DNA from: Gonapodya sp. JEL0774
Taxonomy: Eukaryota
DNA: 20,000 nt
Direction of reading: 5' to 3'
NCBI GenBank assembly: GCA_027604505.1
Contig: JADIIX010000127.1
Span: 45,381-65,380 of the forward strand
The notes beneath the pieces are model-generated. The model was given only the letters and a program-made list of their open reading frames with translations. It made no database searches and had not been told where the DNA came from. The position numbers and the translations under genes were made by a program. Below are positions 9,099-20,000 of the stretch, piece by piece. How positions within the stretch are numbered: position 1 is the stretch's first letter; the number at the start of each line of letters is the position of its first letter.

Positions 9099-12009
9099 CT
9101 ACGTATAGTTGTATTTTGGACCTCCGCCACCCTCCGGGACAGTCCAGTCGATGTTCTAAAATTGGTGGATAATATGACAATCACTGGTCAGTGCAAATTC
9201 AGGGAACAACTACCTGACCTCCGAGACTTACCTGGCTCGGGTCCTTTATGTCACATGTCTTGCAATGCACGCAGTTAGTGAAGTTAATTTGCAAACGCTT
9301 GGAGGAGGGAGGGGCAGACGGGTCGGAAGGATCCGACACAACGAAAGGAGACGCTGGATCATCAACGTATTCGTAGACGCCCGCTAAATAAATATAAAAT
9401 TAATAATGTGTGAGGACCGCGCGATTTGAGTAGAAGAAGCTCAGTTTTAGAACGCTGAAAATTGGTTAGCAAACTATTAACGCACCTGGGCAGAATTTGG
9501 CTTCCGGGCCCCCGAAAACAGCGTAATTTCGTTCAACCATTTCCTTTTGACCGCGCTGCAGACGGAGATGGGGAACCTATCCGAACACAGGTACTCATTA
9601 GCAACGTCACTTTACGTCATGCGCCAATTCCACACACTTGATCTTCTTCGTGTCCCGTGCTTGCTCTGCTGAGATTCTCTAGAAGGTCAAACGTGAGGAC
9701 TCCGTCAGGCTTGACATACTCAGGAGGGGTGCATTCCTTGGCGGGTTTGAGTGTTGTGTGATCAGGCGCGTGGTGCTTCAGAGTCCACGGTACGCGCCCT
9801 GGGCATGCCAAGATAGGAGTGATTGCATTTGATGTAACGTGGTCGTTTTTGCCACTGGACATCCCGTTCGAATAGTCTCACCTTTGAACATGTATGTTTC
9901 GAGCGCAGAGTACGCCATAAAACCGTACAGTCCCAGAGGGTTGTAGAACGAAGGCCGCACATTCCGCACCTGATGAAGTTCGTCATACACCCACGAGGAA
10001 CGGAATTTGGAGTCATACTCGGTCGCGTGCAGTGGAGTGGAAGGTGTTAAAGAGTCACTAGACGAGCCAGTAAGAGACACATAGGCGGTTTCCGCGGCCA
10101 TGATACCTGTTGAAACGTATGAAGAAGAAGCAACAGGTTAGGAGCGTTCAATTTCTCACAATGGTGCACCGCACGGACTTACCGGTCTTCATGGCATTGT
10201 GAGTACCCTTAATTTTCGGCATGTTCAAGGTGCCTGCAGAGTCCCCCACAATCACTCCTCCGGGGAATACCATCTTTGGCAAGCTCTGTAGACCTCCCTC
10301 CACTAACGCCCTCGCCCCATACCCCACGGCCCTCCCTCCTTCCAAAAACTTTCTGATTTCGGGGTGAGTCTTGTGCTTTTGGAATTCCTTGTAGGGGCTG
10401 ATGTGTGGGTTCTCGTAGTCCAGACCTATCACCATCCCAATTGAAATGAGATTTGGTTGCATGTGATACATCCATGTGCCGCAATAAGTCTTGTAGTCGC
10501 AAGGCCAGCCCACGGTGTGGAGAACGAGGCCGGGTTTGAAGTGCGGGTGATCCGCGGGAACTTCCCAAACCTGGAGTGAGTTCAGAGCGATGTGATTAAC
10601 AATACCGCGTAACCGAAAAGCGATCTATCGCCTCTTCCAGTCTTCCCCAAGGCCCACCCCGTTCAGTAGCAGCAGTAACACTTTCTCTGCGTTACTCACC
10701 TCCTTTACGCCAATCCCATACGTCTGGAAGTTCCCTTCCTCGCGCAGTCCCAGCTTCCCAATTACCTTCTTCGTCAAACTTCCGTGACATCCTTCCGCAA
10801 ATACTGTCAACTTGGCATGTATCTCCATGCCTCGTGCGAAGGAATCCTTGCGTGAACCGGTTCGGGAGATACCTGAGTCTGCTGTGGCGATGCCGCGGAC
10901 AGAGGAGTCGGCGTTGTAAAGAACCTGGAAGCGTGATTGCAATCATTGTGCTTGTGTCACACACACACACACACACACACAAAAAAAAATGGGGGAGAAT
11001 CGGTGGCATTCTGTAAGCTTCCTCTAATGTGCTCCTCCACAATTGTTGTATCAATCGTCTACTGTGCACAATTCGTCTCATCGAAGGGAAGTACATCTTG
11101 AATAACACCTTCAACCCTCCGTGTGTGATTTGAGCTCCACGAGCACTCACCTCGCTAGCGGCAATGCCTGCATACACTTCCACACCCAGTTCTTCCGCCT
11201 TCTCTCCCAGCCACTTGACAACCTGTTGCAAGCTAACAATGTAGTTTCCCTTGTTGTTGAGCACGGGCGGGTGAGGAAGCGGTATTCGATGATTTTTTGT
11301 AAGGAACCAAAAGTGGTCTTCCGTTGCGGGAGTGGCAAGAGGGGCCCCGAGGTCGAGGTAGTCGGGGAAGAGCTCTGCCAAAGCACGGGGTTCGATGACA
11401 GCTCCAGAGAGGGTGTGAGCGCCTGGGCAAGTGAATAGCAGTCAGTCCAGATCAGCAATAAGGGCCTCAGTCCCCACAGATTCTTAGCCACTCACCAATT
11501 TCAGAAGCCTTCTCCACAACAATGACTCTTATCTCTTTTCCGTCTTCAGCTGCGAGTTGCTTGAGTTTGATGGCCGCAGACAAACCTGCGGGTCCACCAC
11601 CAACAATTACAACATCGGACTCGTCGACGTCGCGAGGAGCAGCGAGAATTTCACGCTCTTCTTCTGTAAGTGAGTCGACTGCGGGACTTGCGGTAGAAGC
11701 CAGAGAGCGGGATATGCGAGGGACTTTGGAGAGAGGTTGAGGGACAGAGGTAGGCCGACGGACAGTGGTCGGAGAGTTGTGGCATGCCAAAGACGATGGC
11801 GCAACGAGCAAAAACTTGTTTGTTACTGTGGGTGCCAGGGTTGTCGTACCCGTCCGATGTCCGCGTGAATGCAGTCGACGCACAGTCAGGCATCTCCTGT
11901 CGCTGCCCACCACAGAACAAAAGCGTGATGCATGCAACATGGCGGATGGCGACGCTTTGAGAGCCCCTGTCACCGCGGACGGGGCTAGCTGTGATCCAAG
12001 TACCCGCAT
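9099..12009 (-). CDS. ETFDH: Electron transfer flavoprotein-ubiquinone oxidoreductase (ETF-QO; Cir2/ETFDH ortholog), mitochondrial
   Basis: Exons: 12009(or 11940)-11496, 11422-11151, 10924-10700, 10570-10183, 10106-9882, 9798-9638, 9576-9486, 9383-9232, 9155-9099. Motifs: [16 protein letters not shown] (FAD), [119 protein letters not shown] (4Fe-4S). Arg/Ser-rich N-terminal presequence. Confidence 0.97.
10958..10989 (+). repeat. (CA)12 microsatellite fused to an A9 run, inside ETF-QO intron 2
   Basis: cacacacacacacacacacacaca then aaaaaaaa, within the predicted intron 11150-10925. Confidence 0.95.
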
Positions 12010-13493
12010 CGTGAAAGATGGACTTGCTGGAAATGGGATCAGATCGCGAGGCCAATGGCAGACCCCGATGCCACGAGAGACTAATCCCTTTTCCGTGAGA
12101 TGACGGAGCGAGAACCAAGTGACGGTCGTTGTCTCTCGTAAATTGAAAGCTTTGACCGCCCGCAGGAAGTCCGTGCTTTGTGAAGAGGTGATGGTTGCAC
12201 AGTCTGAAAATTCGTCATGTCGAGCTCTGGGCTCTGAATACCGCGAACAACAAGTCGGTTTCACGGTCCCATGTTATCTCGTCGTCCAAGAGCAATTTCA
12301 AATTACCCATGGTAGTTTGCTTCTCCGTCTGTTGTGCATGATTCAGCTCCGCTATGGCAAATTGCTCTTCACCCTCAGTATCTCATGTACCTGAGAGAAG
12401 TCATGTTATTCTTAATGTGACGGTGAGACCTAGAGAGGAAATGGATGTGAGCAGCTTGTATTTGTTGGTGTGGTGCTCGTTGCCAGCCTACGCTAACACA
12501 CTCGACAACGCACACATTGATTGCGCCTCTGCTGCTACAATTTTCTTCGCTAGGTGATCATCAGCTACTGACACGAAACCCTTGATAAACTCAGAGCTAC
12601 GACAGATGGTGTATGAGCTGTTGTGCTGATCAGTGGGGTCGCAATTGCGACCTCTACCAGAGCGAACAGATTAGATCCTGGTGGGGAGAGCTCCTTCTTT
12701 TTCGAATTAAAAGTTTTCCCTCCCGGACAATCACTGAGTCAGGGTGAAACTGGAACGTAGATGAAAGCCGAAGTCTGACAATGAGTCACCACGCTGGTGG
12801 ACGTGAATTGTTCTCAAATTCGGCGTCGCAATCAACGGCGTTTGCCACCATATCTCAAGTGATTTTAGGCGGTTTTATTGGTTTCAGTGATCACGATGTG
12901 AGGTTGTCCCTATAATATGCAATAGCTCAAAAAGATTGACATTTCGAGTGGATGGCGGGTAGTACCCGCAACACGCATGCCGAAGATCTAACCACTTGAT
13001 CGGTGCCCAAAGTTTGGAAAGTATTGTGGTTGTCTTGTGGTCCTCCTTTGTCACCTTCCGTAGCATGGGATGCTCACTTCACCCATTTATGTCGGGCTCG
13101 CAAAGTCCACGTGCACCGTGGTTGGTTTAAGCGTTGCGTTTGCTTTTATCACGGTGAGCACGCAGGGGAGGAGCTAGCCTTGTCTGGCAGATGCTGGTCG
13201 AAGGCAGGAGTGGGTTTGGGTTCTGAGTGGTTTCTAGTCGTCAGTGTGGTGATGTTTTTGGGCTGCCCAACCAGTCACAAAACTGCAACAACCAAGTTCT
13301 TACACAATATCATACAGATTTATAGACAACGGAACTTTACACAGTTGTTGCGGACACACTGGACTTTTCGAAAGTATGATAGGAAAATCATGTCAAAACC
13401 TTCAAACATAGTGGCAGCGAAGCGCCGAGGTTGGTTGAGTCTGGCAGTTCCAATAACCCTTTTCAAACAATATTAGGATATGATATCGCGGGT

Positions 13494-15507
13494 TCACCAG
13501 ATACCACCGGTGGCATTTCCGGCGGGTGCAGCAGTAGTGTACTCGGGGGTGTTGACCGGCGGAGGCGAGGGTATCCAACCAAGCTGAACGAACCAGTCTG
13601 TTTGAAATTGTTGGGGCAGTAAAAACAAGCGTTTAGAGATCACACGAGCGAGCAATTTCTCGAGAAAACTTAGTTCCGCCTGGAAGTGCACCATAAAGTT
13701 TTCCAGTCTTGTTCACATCCATTCGGAACCATCTTTTGGCCGCGGTCTTCTTGAACCATCCTCTCCTTCCCTGACGAACCATCAATCGCTTGGCATGAAG
13801 GTACTGCTCCACCCGAATGCGGAGGACCGCACAGGCATAAATCTCTTCCGGCGCGAGGAGGTGAGAGAGCGAAGATGGGGGCGGAGGGCGAGGGACACCT
13901 GAACAATCAGCCATAATCGTATGAGCCGCGCCCTTTTATCACATGAATGATATCGTCCATAAGGAACCATACCAACCTCTCCAGACAATCACCGGCGCTC
14001 CTTCAGGCACTCTGTACCTTCCCTCCGGATCAAACTTCTCGAGCCCTTCCGTTGTGTCGCGCCTCCTCTTGCCACTCTGTCTCGATCCACCTTCTCCATC
14101 GTCACCGGTATCGATATCCAGATCCATGGACGGAGCTGGAGAACCTGACCGCACGGAGCCCATATCGATGTCCGAGTCGGTGGCACCTCCGACATCACCC
14201 TCAGAAGTGAGATCGGAGCTGTTGTCGTCATCTTCCTCATACATATTTGATGCATCTTCCCCATATGTTCGAACAGACGCGCGGGTACGGAGGGCTCGAC
14301 TGGCCGGTGGGGTGATGCCGGAAGTCGCGGAATCTCCTTCCATGTGAGATTGCCGCTGTGAGTGATATTGTTGCTGAGTAGGCCACGGCGCGGACGCAGG
14401 GGGTGCGGACGAAGATAGATGACTTATGGAAGATACCATTGTTGGTGGCTTCCCACGGGTACGAGGTCGACCTCGCGGTCGACCACGAGGCTGCTCAGTG
14501 GCAAGGTCGTCACTTTGTGATGGCGAGGGCGACGCTGCCCTGAAAGAACCTCCGAGAGTGCGGCGAATTTTGTTCGGAGGTGACGCGTTTTGGTGCTCTC
14601 CAGAATTGCGACGGGAAGTTAGGTACGGGTCGGACAAGTGGTCGTAACCAACGTCACTCGGGTTGCGGCGTGGGGAACGGGCATTGGCCGCGAGGAGGGC
14701 TCGTGGATTTGTTTTGAAGACGGAAAAGACATCCAGGTTTATGGTTTCCCCAGGGTTGTGCGGCGGAAGATTTGGATTCCAGATGCTGCTTGAGCCAGAA
14801 ACAAGAGAAGTCGGTGCCAGAGTTGAGATGGTAGACGGAGAATTGGTCGGCCAGAGTCGGGATTCCTGTAGACCGAATGATTTGAAATCTCTGACAGATC
14901 CCACAGCGTCGGCAATGTACGGATGAATTGAAAGAGAGACCACAGGCGAATCGTCGTCCACAACCCCAATCATGCCACCGATACTTCCTCGTCGTGAGGA
15001 GTCATCTGCGACAACAGAGGCGTCGGACGGAACGACATCATGGTCATCTTTCATGTTCTCATCACCGTCATGACCTGGGGATCGACTGCTCGCGTCCAGT
15101 GAGATACGGAGATGGGAATGACCTGGAGATGTGTCCGTAAGATAACCATCTTCCGAGGCGTTGAGTGAATGTGCCGCTCCAGTCACACTGTAGGGTGCAC
15201 GAACGGAGCGTGCCGTCGAGGGCGATCTGGCAACCGATCTTGGAATCGAGCGGTGTGGAGTTAGTGATTTGCGTGAGTGCAGGTGTGGGGAGCTCTCCCG
15301 TGGTGCAGGTGATTCGGCGCGGTTGTACCCAGAAGCGGCAGGGGACCGTGCACGTGGTGGGGGAGCCGACTGGGGCCGACGCAATGGAAGGAATGCGCTG
15401 TGGGGCAGGAATGTGGTTGCATTCACGGCTACCGTGGATTCATGAATGGATAATTTGGAGAGTGGAGTGATGCCGAGGGCGGACACCGGCTCTGTGGGGT
15501 CCATCAT
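13494..15507 (-). CDS. SWIRM-domain chromatin-associated protein (Fun19/Laf1-like) with a long disordered Ser/Pro/Arg-rich N-terminus
   Basis: Exons 15507-13977, 13898-13692, 13597-13494 give a C-terminal VIVWRG..HLLAPEEIYACAVLRIRVEQYLHAKRLM..FKKTAAKRWFRMDVNKTGKLYDWFVQLGWI, matching the SWIRM pattern (L.P.E...C..LRL...Y...KR..; DVNK..++++F...GW). Confidence 0.88.
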
Positions 15508-16358
15508 GACGACAGATTAACCTACGAAGAGCAGAGTATCAGCGGAAACGAAAAGCATGTGAGTCTGGTGAGTAATCAAACATCGATTGGGTTGAAAGCG
15601 TTCGTGGTGGAATGGATTTGGCGGGATGCTTCTGATCAGGTCAAGGATAACACCACCCGGATTTGCATCATGTCGAAAACACACTCTCCGTTCACATACG
15701 GGAACGTTTCCATCGTGCATCAGAGTCCATCGTACTTTTTCGAGTTTGTCCGAGCATGTTTTCGTAGTGTGCGGTGTGTTGCCCCACCCTTTTGTACCCC
15801 AACAAAACTCGATGCCATTTTCGAATTAACCCGCAGTCCGTTCCAATTCATGCGTATCCGTATCCTTTCATATTCTGTCATCAATGCCGTTGAATTGCTC
15901 TGATTTGTACGGCGGTCACTTCGAGAATCCCGTTATGATTTCGCTGCCAAGTCACCGGGAACCCGAGAGAAACGGACGAATCCGCCACAGCAATGTCACA
16001 TTCATAACACATCTGTACTTTAACTTACCTTGCTCCTTGGACGGGAGTTTTTGATGACTCTCGCTCTTGGTCTGCTTATATCGATGGAATCCCGCTGTGT
16101 TGATGTCGGTACTTCGGTCAATCATCAGGACTCCCAAACCAGAGCGGGGCAACTCATTTTGATTGCTGACGGCGAATCTTTCACTGCTTCTGTACGTTGT
16201 CTTTCGCTATTGCTATCGTGCTGCTGCGTTTTGGTTTTTGAAAGTGGAGCTGATTCTATGTATATCATTTCGTGTACAGAACCTGCTCACTCTGTGCATG
16301 AACACACCTCGAAATCGCTTGCGACTTGAAACGGGCAACGGAATAGCTTTGTTACAAA

Positions 16359-17924
16359 ATGGATTCTAGTCCATCACTTCGCGCTGACTCGCCTGCTGAT
16401 TCGCCGGGAAATGCATTGGAACCGTTTCCCTTTTCCCGCCTCCCTGGAGAACTCCATATCCGAACTTTCCAATTCGTCAAACACGATCGAACACTTCGCG
16501 CCTGTCGATTAGCCTGCAGATCGTTTGAAGCTCTCGCTACAAGACGCGCATTCGCCAGAATTCAACCTCAAAATTCCGATCAGCTTCGACGGCTTGCATG
16601 CGTTTTTGCAGACGCAGAAGCTCGCGTTCACGATCTCGCTGTAAATGGTGAAATCGACCCGGCCGTAATCCGATTCAGGCGCATCCTTACCTCGGTTCGA
16701 GAAGTAGATCTCAGGTCCATAAGCCCCCGGGCAATGCGCTCGAGTGACATCGTCCGACTCCTCCAAGCCATCGACCTATCGCAGCTTCATATATTTGCTT
16801 TTCCGGACCCGGTAGGGGGCGATGACCCCGTCCAACTTGTCGAACAGGTACTCGTGCTCCTGGCAAGGGGAGCGACCTACCTCACCTCACTTATGCTGCC
16901 CAACGGTGAAGTTATGCGCAGTGAGGTCTCGTGGAATTCAGTGCGGACAATCATGGAACGAAGTCTCACTGGCCGGCTTTCAATCGATTTCGAGCTTCCT
17001 GAGGGTGACCTGGACACGCGAAGAGTTGCCCCACAGACTCTTCCAAACTGGGAAAAACTAGCGTGCCTCGACGTTGCAGCTTGGAATTCCCCTGCACCTG
17101 CGACGGAGCACGGTCGAGCTTGGCGAAATCTGATACCTCGGTTCACCTCGTTGACTACCTTGGGACTTGTCGGGCGGAGTTTCGAAGGCTCTCCCACCGC
17201 CTTTGGCCCACCCGAGCTCCGACAGCTGTTCGATTGCTCACCTGGGCTTAAATCGTTGTTTTTGGAGACAGAGGGTTTGGAAGGGTGGAGCAAGGTCCTC
17301 AGAGAAAAGGGAGGTCAGCTCAAAGCATTGGGCATCAACGGACCATTGTCAGGTATTTTCAAGCTCATCACCGGTCTTCCCAACTTGACCTCCATCGGAC
17401 TTTACGACGTCTTCTACGGGTCGAAAGACCTCTCTGGATTTGAGTCGGCATTGTGCCGCGGCAACCTCGAATGCCTCCACTTCAGCGACGTTCCCCCGTT
17501 CGTTTTCTCAAAACTGCACCTTGTTGTGAGAAACAACTCCCGCCTACGTAGGCTCTGGCTAAGCTCGCATGGCAGTTTTTACAGAACCGCGACGGAGGCC
17601 TTGATGAACATTCTCGAGACGGAGCAAGCCCCTAAGCTGCAGTGCCTGCACCTCTGGAAATCTCGCGGGATGGAACGTGAATCGTTTGAGGAGGCATTGG
17701 GAAGGAACTGGGAAAAGTTTCCCAGCCTGAACTTGGTTTGGGTCCACTTCGCAGGCGAGGGGAATAAAGTTTACGAACGGGACCCCTTGTCCGGGGGAAA
17801 CGAGCGCGTGCCAAACACTGCTCTGTCAAGACTACGGGGTGCAAAGAGACTATTGTGGGATAGTGTGGATATGCTAGATCCAGAGCACAGGCCCTTGATA
17901 AAGATAAGCTCCATTGATTCATAG
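16359..17924 (+). CDS. F-box-like / RNI-like leucine-rich repeat protein (521 aa, apparently intronless)
   Basis: Uninterrupted 521-aa ORF. N-terminal F-box-like FSRLPGELHIRTFQFV..TLRACRLACRSFEALA, followed by degenerate LRRs (FTSLTTLGL, SPGLKSLFL, QLKALGI, LPNLTSIGL, SRLRRLWL, APKLQCLHL, FPSLNLVWV). Confidence 0.8.
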   Translation: MDSSPSLRADSPADSPGNALEPFPFSRLPGELHIRTFQFVKHDRTLRACRLACRSFEALATRRAFARIQPQNSDQLRRLACVFADAEARVHDLAVNGEIDPAVIRFRRILTSVREVDLRSISPRAMRSSDIVRLLQAIDLSQLHIFAFPDPVGGDDPVQLVEQVLVLLARGATYLTSLMLPNGEVMRSEVSWNSVRTIMERSLTGRLSIDFELPEGDLDTRRVAPQTLPNWEKLACLDVAAWNSPAPATEHGRAWRNLIPRFTSLTTLGLVGRSFEGSPTAFGPPELRQLFDCSPGLKSLFLETEGLEGWSKVLREKGGQLKALGINGPLSGIFKLITGLPNLTSIGLYDVFYGSKDLSGFESALCRGNLECLHFSDVPPFVFSKLHLVVRNNSRLRRLWLSSHGSFYRTATEALMNILETEQAPKLQCLHLWKSRGMERESFEEALGRNWEKFPSLNLVWVHFAGEGNKVYERDPLSGGNERVPNTALSRLRGAKRLLWDSVDMLDPEHRPLIKISSIDS

Positions 17925-18292
17925 GACGACAAGGGAGAGCGCTATTATCTTCAATAGAAAAGTGCATTGTATTATAGTGGTTAGCCGGTATCAATCCTTG
18001 AATACATCATTGAGTAACTCGGAAACGGTGTGTTGGCCACCGCACCTAATTGTGCATTTACAGTGACAGCAATAAAACCCGAAATAGCTTGTGAAATAAT
18101 ATACCAGATTAGCGACGAATTTCGCCATATTCAACACCTGTCCTTGACACTGTGACCGGTTTGTTGACTTTACCTCACCCACTCCAGCACCACCTCGGAC
18201 TTTGCTACAAACCAACAAACAGTTGTATGCGTAAGAGCGGCTGCTGAAAACTTGCTCTCACCATCACCCACCTTGGAAGCATCTTCCCCACC

Positions 18293-19878
18293 TCACCACT
18301 TCCTCGACCTTGACGCCCTCTCCCACCCGCAACGCCTCGCCCCCCGTCCCACGCCCGCTTTTGCGATCGTTGTATCGAAATCAGGAGCATCCTCCCACAG
18401 CACGATCCTGCGTACTCCAGAGGGCGTCAGTTGTCCACGGACGAGGGATGAGACAACCCGGCTGCACCAGCTCTCGGCGCGGCGGTGGGCTGCCGTGGTT
18501 CCATAGGCAGCGTAGCTATCCGTTGCGACGGCATATTTTCCAGACCTGCGCACAAATCCGTGAAGGGCCAGGACCTCGAGGGTTGGGTGAGGGTTTATGT
18601 ACAGGTGGGGCAGACCGTGAAAATGATTGAGTCTCGAGCAGTGAGAGAGCGCGAGACGGCGAAGTCTCGGCAAGAGGGTAAGGAGCTCGGATATGTGAGA
18701 TGATCGGAGCTGGATGGCGCGAGAGATCGAGCTTGGTGGTTGCGAGTAACACGTGGTCGGATATGTGACGGACAGGAGGTCAGTATAGAAGAGCCACCTT
18801 GCAATCCTCCATCGGCACTAGCTAACAGTCAAAATAATTATGGAGACCCACAGATCACAGATTTTTGAGCAAGATTGCGCGAGATGAATCACCGCGGTGG
18901 AGGATGGATTCGCATTGCACCATAAGTGGAATACCTGTCGAGAGATGGCGTGCCAAAAGCACCCAGATAGATGAAAAGGTGTTGTGATTGGTACTGACTT
19001 GGATCGGCTCCTCCAACAGCAGGAGAACGTCATTTGGGTTCGATTCACCGGCGCCTCACCTCCAAATCGGGTGCCTCGCGAGCGAGGGCATTCAGAAAGA
19101 ATGACGGGATAGCTGAGAATGATGAGTTAACGAGGGATAAGGAAGTAAGGTGGGGGAAGTGGAAGTTGTGGTTACGGGCTGGATAGAGGGAAACGTTCGT
19201 TGGAGCACGCGAAAGGATGAGATTGTCGCGCGTCGAATTCCTCCATCCAAATTGCTAATGTTTTGTCAACACTCCCCTTTTGTCAATGACTCTGCAAGTG
19301 CGAATTCATTTTCCGTTTTGCTACCGTCCGCCCGACTTCCCCATTTCCGAGCCGTCGTTGCTGTTAGGGTGTTCCAACCAACACATTCAAGCTCGACGAT
19401 AGTGTAGTGCGTCCGCTTGACCAACAAGTCCAGAGCATAATCAGTGACACCGTGAAGGTGGACGTGGGTTGTCCCGGCGAACATAAAGTTGAAGAAAATG
19501 CCGAGCGTGGTCTCGGCTTGAAGTGATCGGCATTGTAAGTTCGCGCCAGCAGCAAAAAAAGGCGAGAGAGAAGAAAAGGTCTACCAAAAGGCAGAAGACG
19601 CTTTGGTGAAGCGCAATCAAATGACAAGAGGCTAAGAATCCGCAATCACTCGCCTCCCTCATGACCCTACACGTCCAGGACAGAGTGAGAGCGGGTGGAA
19701 GTGTCACTCTTCTAGTTTTCAGCTTGCGGCTGGGTCCATCTTCTTCCTTTGTGCCGGACTCAACTTGGTTTGGAGGAATGATTTGAGAGTCAGTGCCACC
19801 GCCCGAGAAATCAAAAGGCAGCAAGTTAAAGATTTTATGCAGAATGGAGACTGGAAGTTGATAGATCGTTGTAGACAT
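18293..19878 (-). CDS. Second, spliced F-box-like / LRR protein, convergent with the previous gene; 3' end uncertain
   Basis: Starts MSTTIYQLPVSILHKIFNLL..LSWTCRVMRE (F-box-like). Predicted exons 19878-19654, 19580-~19382, 19254(or 19178)-19060, 18934-18852, 18731-18293 give LRR-like units FPHLTSLSL, APDLEVFHLW, CSKICDLSISRA, LPRLRRLALSHCSRL, PTLEVLALHG. It may continue past 18293 via a gtgagg donor. Confidence 0.65.
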
Positions 19879-20000
19879 CGCTCTCTTGAGTCTTGGCTGT
19901 GGGGTAGTTCAGATCGAATAGAGTAGACGTACAAAAATTGTATGACTACTAGGACCAACGGAGGATATGCAGACTTCCCTTGACAGAAAACTGCGCACCG

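Noticed and set aside
12010..12264. Upstream extension of the 265-aa ETF-QO first-exon ORF
   Set aside because: Begins at a non-ATG codon; the ATGs at 12009 or 11940 give a plausible mitochondrial presequence.
13003..13476. 157-aa plus-strand ORF
   Set aside because: Non-ATG start, no recognisable motif, lies in the probable 3' UTR or intergenic region of the SWIRM gene.
15559..16369. Several 66-114 aa ORFs between the SWIRM and F-box genes
   Set aside because: No motifs; consistent with a shared divergent promoter or UTR region.
18293..19878. Pseudogene interpretation of the fragmented F-box ORFs
   Set aside because: The frame breaks can be explained by plausible introns.

Overview
Eukaryotic, intron-rich fungal DNA with short GT-AG introns, probably from an early-diverging (chytrid-like) fungus; the lineage is an inference from gene content. 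After manual splicing the window contains: (1) a Cat2-type carnitine O-acetyltransferase (minus, runs off the left edge); (2) a predicted cell-surface receptor (minus, ~3359-5683) with signal peptide, plant-type LRR ectodomain, Ser/Thr/Gly stalk, single TM helix, PPxY-rich linker and a cytoplasmic SH3 domain split over four small exons, which the ORF track does not show; (3) a possible small spliced orphan gene (~6627-7058); (4) a Ypd1/Mpr1-type HPt phosphorelay protein; (5) ETF:ubiquinone oxidoreductase (9 exons); (6) a disordered protein with AT-hook-like motifs and a C-terminal SWIRM domain; (7,8) two convergent, divergent F-box/LRR-like genes. The most notable item is the LRR-TM-SH3 receptor, which has an SH3 adaptor where plant LRR receptor kinases have a kinase. 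No RNA genes, CRISPR arrays or mobile elements were recognised. All exon boundaries were predicted by eye.
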